Shown here: positions 48,125 to 52,382 of the stretch, in pieces
Layout of the letters: each line of letters starts with the position of its first letter
Position numbering within the stretch: the first letter of the stretch is position 1
Origin: a virus
Taxonomy: Duplodnaviria > Caudoviricetes
Direction: 5' to 3' (one strand)
IMG/VR virus record: IMGVR_UViG_3300034175_000204
Location: 1 to 52,382 of that record
DNA: 52,382 nt
The notes under the pieces: model-generated
Told to the model about the DNA's origin: nothing
The model's database searches: none
The model's input: the letters and a program-made list of their open reading frames with translations, nothing else
Position numbers and translations under genes: made by a program

Positions 48125-49666
48125 TCAGCCGGGCAAGGGTCCGAAATGACGTCCCATGCGCTCCATCCACCCCGCGGACTCCGCCACCGTTGCGGACGGC
48201 GCGGGCGCCTGGACGAAGAGGTCGCGCGCCTCCGGATAGAGGCGCACCAGCAGTTCGGCACCGCAATCGGTCAGTAACGCCTCGATGCGGGACACCACGC
48301 GATCGGACGCGTCTTCCTTTCCGCTGTCCCAGATCGCGCGCAGCTGCCCGCGCCGTCTGCCCGCCACCTCCGCCACCGCGGCCTGCCAGAATGCCGGATG
48401 TTCGCCCTGGGCGAAGTCCCCGCGCCCGCGCCCGAAGTGCGCGACCGCCAGATAGCGCAACAGCGCCGACTGGATGAGCTGCGCGAAGAACTCCTCCGAC
48501 CACCGCACCGCCGCGCCCTCCTCGCCGCGGGCCATGTTGTAGCCACGCGCGAGTCCGCCGGCACCGATCGCCCCCAGCAGCCCGCCGACGATCATGCCGC
48601 CGCCGAGCGTCAGGCCGCCCGCGGCTAGGTCGGCCGCCAGCCCGCCGACTGCCCCCGACATCAGGCCGCCGAGCATCGCCGAATAGCCCTCCTTGGCCGG
48701 TGCCGAGCTGGCGTAGTCGTCGCGCAGACGCTGCAGCACCTCGCGCACCGCATTGCCGGTCAGACCGTGCACGTCGATCAGCTGCTCGGTCGACGACCGC
48801 GTTCCGGCTTCCAGGCGGTTGGCGAGGCTCGCCATGGCGCGCCGCGCCTCCGCCGGCGCCTCCTGGCGCAGGCCGCCCAGCGCGTCGCCGACCTTGTCGC
48901 GCCAGTTGCGGTCGGAAACCGGCTCGCGGTCGGCAACCGCGGCGGCGAGCGGCGTGGCGAGAATGTGCATCGCCGCGTGGAAGCGCGCGAGGTTCCTCTC
49001 GCGCCACGCCAGCGTCAGCCGATCGAGCGTGGCCTGCTTCTCCGGCGGCAGCAGCGGGCCGACGGTGTCGAGGAGCGTCGCCTCCTGCACCCAGCAGCGT
49101 GCGAAGGCGTCGAGCGGCAGGGCGCCGGCGACCACGCCGCTCGACGCGAGATGGGTCCGCCAGCGCTCGACCTCTTCGTTCGCGTCGGCGCGCGGTGGCC
49201 CCATCTGGTTGAGCAGCAGGATCACCGGCTTCCCGATCCAGGCAAGAAGCTCCATCTCCAGCGGTACGTACGCCGCGCCGGCGGGGTCCTCCGCTGCGTT
49301 GACCAGGTATAGGACGACATCGGCGTGGTCGCGTGCGTTGCGCACCGCCTGCTGACTCGACCAGAGCGGTCGCTCGCGGAACCGGTCCCACACCTGGGTG
49401 AGCAGCCAGCCGATGGGATTGCCCGAGATCCTGAGCCGCTTCAGCAGCCGCCCGGTATCGCCGAACCCCGGCGTGTCCCACAGCATCAGCGTATCGGCAC
49501 CGGACTGCACCAGGACGTAGCCGGTCGCCTGATCGGTGACGTGCGCGGCGTCGCGCACCTCGCCGACATCCTGCCCGAGCAGCGTGCGAACCAGCGTCGT
49601 CTTGCCGGCGTTGGTGTGCGACACCAGGCTGAGGTTGACCGTGGCGGTGTAGGGGTTGTCGCTCAT
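48125..49666 (-). CDS. GTPase-domain/DUF3482 protein (host)
   Basis: SHTNAGKTT, WDTPG; paired with a DUF2868-type gene. Confidence 0.8.
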   Translation of the reverse strand: MSDNPYTATVNLSLVSHTNAGKTTLVRTLLGQDVGEVRDAAHVTDQATGYVLVQSGADTLMLWDTPGFGDTGRLLKRLRISGNPIGWLLTQVWDRFRERPLWSSQQAVRNARDHADVVLYLVNAAEDPAGAAYVPLEMELLAWIGKPVILLLNQMGPPRADANEEVERWRTHLASSGVVAGALPLDAFARCWVQEATLLDTVGPLLPPEKQATLDRLTLAWRERNLARFHAAMHILATPLAAAVADREPVSDRNWRDKVGDALGGLRQEAPAEARRAMASLANRLEAGTRSSTEQLIDVHGLTGNAVREVLQRLRDDYASSAPAKEGYSAMLGGLMSGAVGGLAADLAAGGLTLGGGMIVGGLLGAIGAGGLARGYNMARGEEGAAVRWSEEFFAQLIQSALLRYLAVAHFGRGRGDFAQGEHPAFWQAAVAEVAGRRRGQLRAIWDSGKEDASDRVVSRIEALLTDCGAELLVRLYPEARDLFVQAPAPSATVAESAGWMERMGRHFGPLPG

Positions 49667-51177
49667 GCGCCGGCTCCCGCGAGCACCGGGCCACGCAGCA
49701 GCGCCGCCTCCAGTCGGCGCGACTGCTCGGGCGACTCCCCGGCGCCGAGGTGAACCGCGATCGGCCTGACGGCCATCGGCGCCATCATCCTCTCCCAGGC
49801 CGTGCGGCGCGTCTCGATGCGGCCGTCGGCCCCAGCCTGCCCACCGAGACGCGCGCGATATGCGGTCTCGTCCAGCAACGCGGCGAGCGCCGTGCCGCTT
49901 CGTTGCGCGTCCATGAGACGCCTGATGCCGGCCAGGAGTTCGCCGTGGTTCTCCGCCTCGGGCGTGGCGGCCAGGTTGAACAGCGCCACGAGATAGTCGT
50001 CGTCCTCCCGCAGTCGCAGCCCGGCCAGCCATTCCTCTTCGCCGGCATACGCGATCGCGGGCTCCGTCTCGATCACGGTGTCGTCCCCGAAGGTGCCTCT
50101 CAGCAGGCGCTCGAGCACTCGCCGGTGCGCATCGGGGAAGGCGAATCCGTAGGGGACTATCCTCACCCTGGTCCCGCCACCCCGGCCGTCACGCAAGACG
50201 CGCCGCACGTAGAAGTCCTCCCGACCCGGCACCTTGAAGAAGCGGCGCAGCCGTGCGGCCGACAGCGCGCTCCACGCGGCGAGCGCGAGCCGCGGAAGGA
50301 CGACGAACAGCATGGCGGTGGTCGCATAGAGGTGGATCCAGGGTCCGGCGTTCTCGCCATTGGCGGGCATGCCCCAGCGGAGCGCAGCCAGCAGCTCCAC
50401 GCCGGGCAGCGCGATCCCGGTCAGCATGCTCGCCGGCGCCAGCACCCAGCCCAGCAGGCGCTGCAGCGTTGCGGCACCGATGAACGTGCTTTCCCAGCCA
50501 GCGCGGTATTCGACGCCGAGCGCACGCAGGTACATGCCCGCGACGACGCCGATCGCCAGCGCCGCGGCCGAGAGGTGGAGCAGGCGCGCTGCGCGCGCGT
50601 AGGTCAGCGCGCCGGCATGGCTCGCCCAATCGCGCGCGAACCGGGCGATGGCGCGACCGACCGGATGGTGCGGGTCCTGATCACGGCGCGCTATGCCGCT
50701 CGCCCAGCTAACAGCCCGCGCGGTCCACGGCGCCTTGTCATGCGGATCGCGGCGACGGAACGGTGCGCCTGCGGCATGCGCCGCGATCAGCAGGTAGACG
50801 GCGAGGTTCCAGAGGAGGATGCCGAACAGCGGGAAGGCGATGATATTCAACCGCTGCCCGCCAGCGAGCTCGTTGGTGGCGACGCCAAGCGCGACCGCGG
50901 CGAGGGGAAGTGCCCAGTCGAGCCAGCCCGGCCAACGCGTTGCCCGCGCCGCACGTCCGATCGCCGGATGCCGCGCCGTGAGGCGCGACAGGGCGAACGC
51001 CGCGCGGCTTGAGAGGAAGCGCTGATCCGCCCGCCGCCCGCTCGCGTTGCCCGGTTCCGCCGACAACGCCGATGCCGTGGCCGCCTGACGGTCGTCCCGC
51101 GTCAGCAGTGCCTGGGCGGCGTCCTCCGTCTCGACGGCCCGGATCAGCAGCAGGGTTCGGGCGTCGTCCTCGTTCAT
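49663..51177 (-). CDS. DUF2868 membrane protein (host)
   Basis: Multiple TM segments; Y.AGWESTF; LPRL. Confidence 0.75.
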   Translation of the reverse strand: MNEDDARTLLLIRAVETEDAAQALLTRDDRQAATASALSAEPGNASGRRADQRFLSSRAAFALSRLTARHPAIGRAARATRWPGWLDWALPLAAVALGVATNELAGGQRLNIIAFPLFGILLWNLAVYLLIAAHAAGAPFRRRDPHDKAPWTARAVSWASGIARRDQDPHHPVGRAIARFARDWASHAGALTYARAARLLHLSAAALAIGVVAGMYLRALGVEYRAGWESTFIGAATLQRLLGWVLAPASMLTGIALPGVELLAALRWGMPANGENAGPWIHLYATTAMLFVVLPRLALAAWSALSAARLRRFFKVPGREDFYVRRVLRDGRGGGTRVRIVPYGFAFPDAHRRVLERLLRGTFGDDTVIETEPAIAYAGEEEWLAGLRLREDDDYLVALFNLAATPEAENHGELLAGIRRLMDAQRSGTALAALLDETAYRARLGGQAGADGRIETRRTAWERMMAPMAVRPIAVHLGAGESPEQSRRLEAALLRGPVLAGAGA

Positions 51178-51584
51178 GTCGCAGCGGTTACCATGTATGC
51201 GTCGATTGGCGCGAAGTTCAGTTCTCCCGTCGGGTTACCGTATGGAGGCGTAGAGCGCCCGACGTGGATGGGTAACGTATGACCACAGGCCGAGTGCCTG
51301 CACTGGTCGTCGAGGTCGACACGGACAAGCTCCAGGACCGCGTTCAGGAAGGCGCGCGGCGGTGGGCTGCAGCCTGCACACGATTGTCGAGTATGGAGCG
51401 CTCTCCAGCGGGTTGCCGGGCAGCACGATCCGGATCCGGGACTTGGCAGCATGAGCAGGGTCGGGGCGCCGGCTGTTTGGTTCGCGCGGCCTCGGCGCGC
51501 CGTTCCTTGCGGTTCATGCGATCGCCCGCCGCTGCCGCGTTGCGCCCCCGGGGCGCGGCAACGCGCGCGGTCCTGCCCACGGGT

Positions 51585-51824
51585 TCACTTGCCAATCTCG
51601 CGCCAGCTCTTCTCGCTGACCTCGACACCGAACTTCTTCGCGGCCGCCACGATCCGCTTCCATGCGTCATCGCGCTCTTCGTCCGACACGTTCTTCACCT
51701 GGTTGAACCGGGAGATCGCGTTGCGGACATGGCTAGCATTCTCGATCGGTTCCTTCCGTTGCTTCGGGAATGCGAACGACCCTTTGCCGAGTTCATCGCG
51801 GTCCTCCGTGCTGAGCTTCGTCAT
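51585..51824 (-). CDS. Small conserved protein (DUF6582-like)
   Basis: FAFPKQRKEPIENASHVRNAISRFNQV. Confidence 0.75.
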   Translation of the reverse strand: MTKLSTEDRDELGKGSFAFPKQRKEPIENASHVRNAISRFNQVKNVSDEERDDAWKRIVAAAKKFGVEVSEKSWREIGK

Positions 51825-52382
51825 CGTCGCCTCCATCTGCCTGCCGTCCAACGTTTCCAGAGGTCGGATGGTTCAGGGTAGCCACGAGGCGATCAAGCGA
51901 CGGCGCTTGGCTCGGCAGGATGTGCCGACATGCGTCGTCCGGAGCGACCACCGCGCCTCGTCGATCTCGGGTATCGGCGCCAGCTCCACCGCGGGCTCTA
52001 CGGCCTCGCGCAGGATACGCGCTTCGGCGGCGGCGAACGGCAAAAGGGGGGTGTCGCCGAGGCCCTTAGCGTCCCATACCCCACTAGGGTCGAGGCGACG
52101 ATCGCCGAAGTGGCGGAAATGGCCGAATGCGCGCGATCGGCGTGCTCGGCTACGCTGGCCGAAGTCGGCCGGACGTTGGTCATCACGGCCGCGGGGATCG
52201 CCTCCGCTCCTGGGGATGGCCTGTCTCCGACCGCGCTATCGACGACGACACGTTCGTCATGCATGTCGAAGCCAGCCATGCGCACCGTTTGGAAAGCTGG
52301 TTCGCGGACGCTGCGATTGAACTTCGTATCGAGGATAGTGCCCGGTGTTGCCCCGATTCATCCTGACGATCCGCTGTCCTGA

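Noticed and set aside
51930-52382. ORFs at the window end
   Set aside because: Several overlapping frames with no recognisable motif; I cannot choose among them

Overview
About 47.8 kb of this high-GC window (1 to ~47782) is an apparently near-complete temperate siphovirus prophage. The host is probably an alphaproteobacterium, inferred from GapR, a GcrA-like gene and alpha-type LexA boxes; the gene content is Sphingomonas-like. Gene order is: tyrosine integrase; a leftward early operon (HerA-like ATPase, ParB-family protein, GapR, CII-like, Cro); CI; an accessory block (HEPN plus partner, SRAP, an Aca2/YdiL-like operon, HigBA, a LexA-DBD protein); Q-like gene and Mu-type Gam; a lambda-type cos/terminase/portal/ClpP-capsid head; tail genes with a -1 frameshift; a tail protein fused to a PhoD-like phosphatase; lysis genes; large post-lysis SGNH and beta-rich genes; a Dam-like methylase that appears frameshifted; a second integrase; and a Rep-like HTH gene. 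The prophage ends at a 3'-half copy of tRNA-Thr(CGT), the likely attR. Host genes follow (GTPase/DUF3482, DUF2868 and DUF6582 types). The most notable items are the candidate anti-defence (acr-aca2-like) operon containing an HTH-less Aca2 paralog, the PhoD-bearing tail protein, and the two-integrase/ParB/Rep layout. All family assignments come from motif recognition by eye; no database searches were run.
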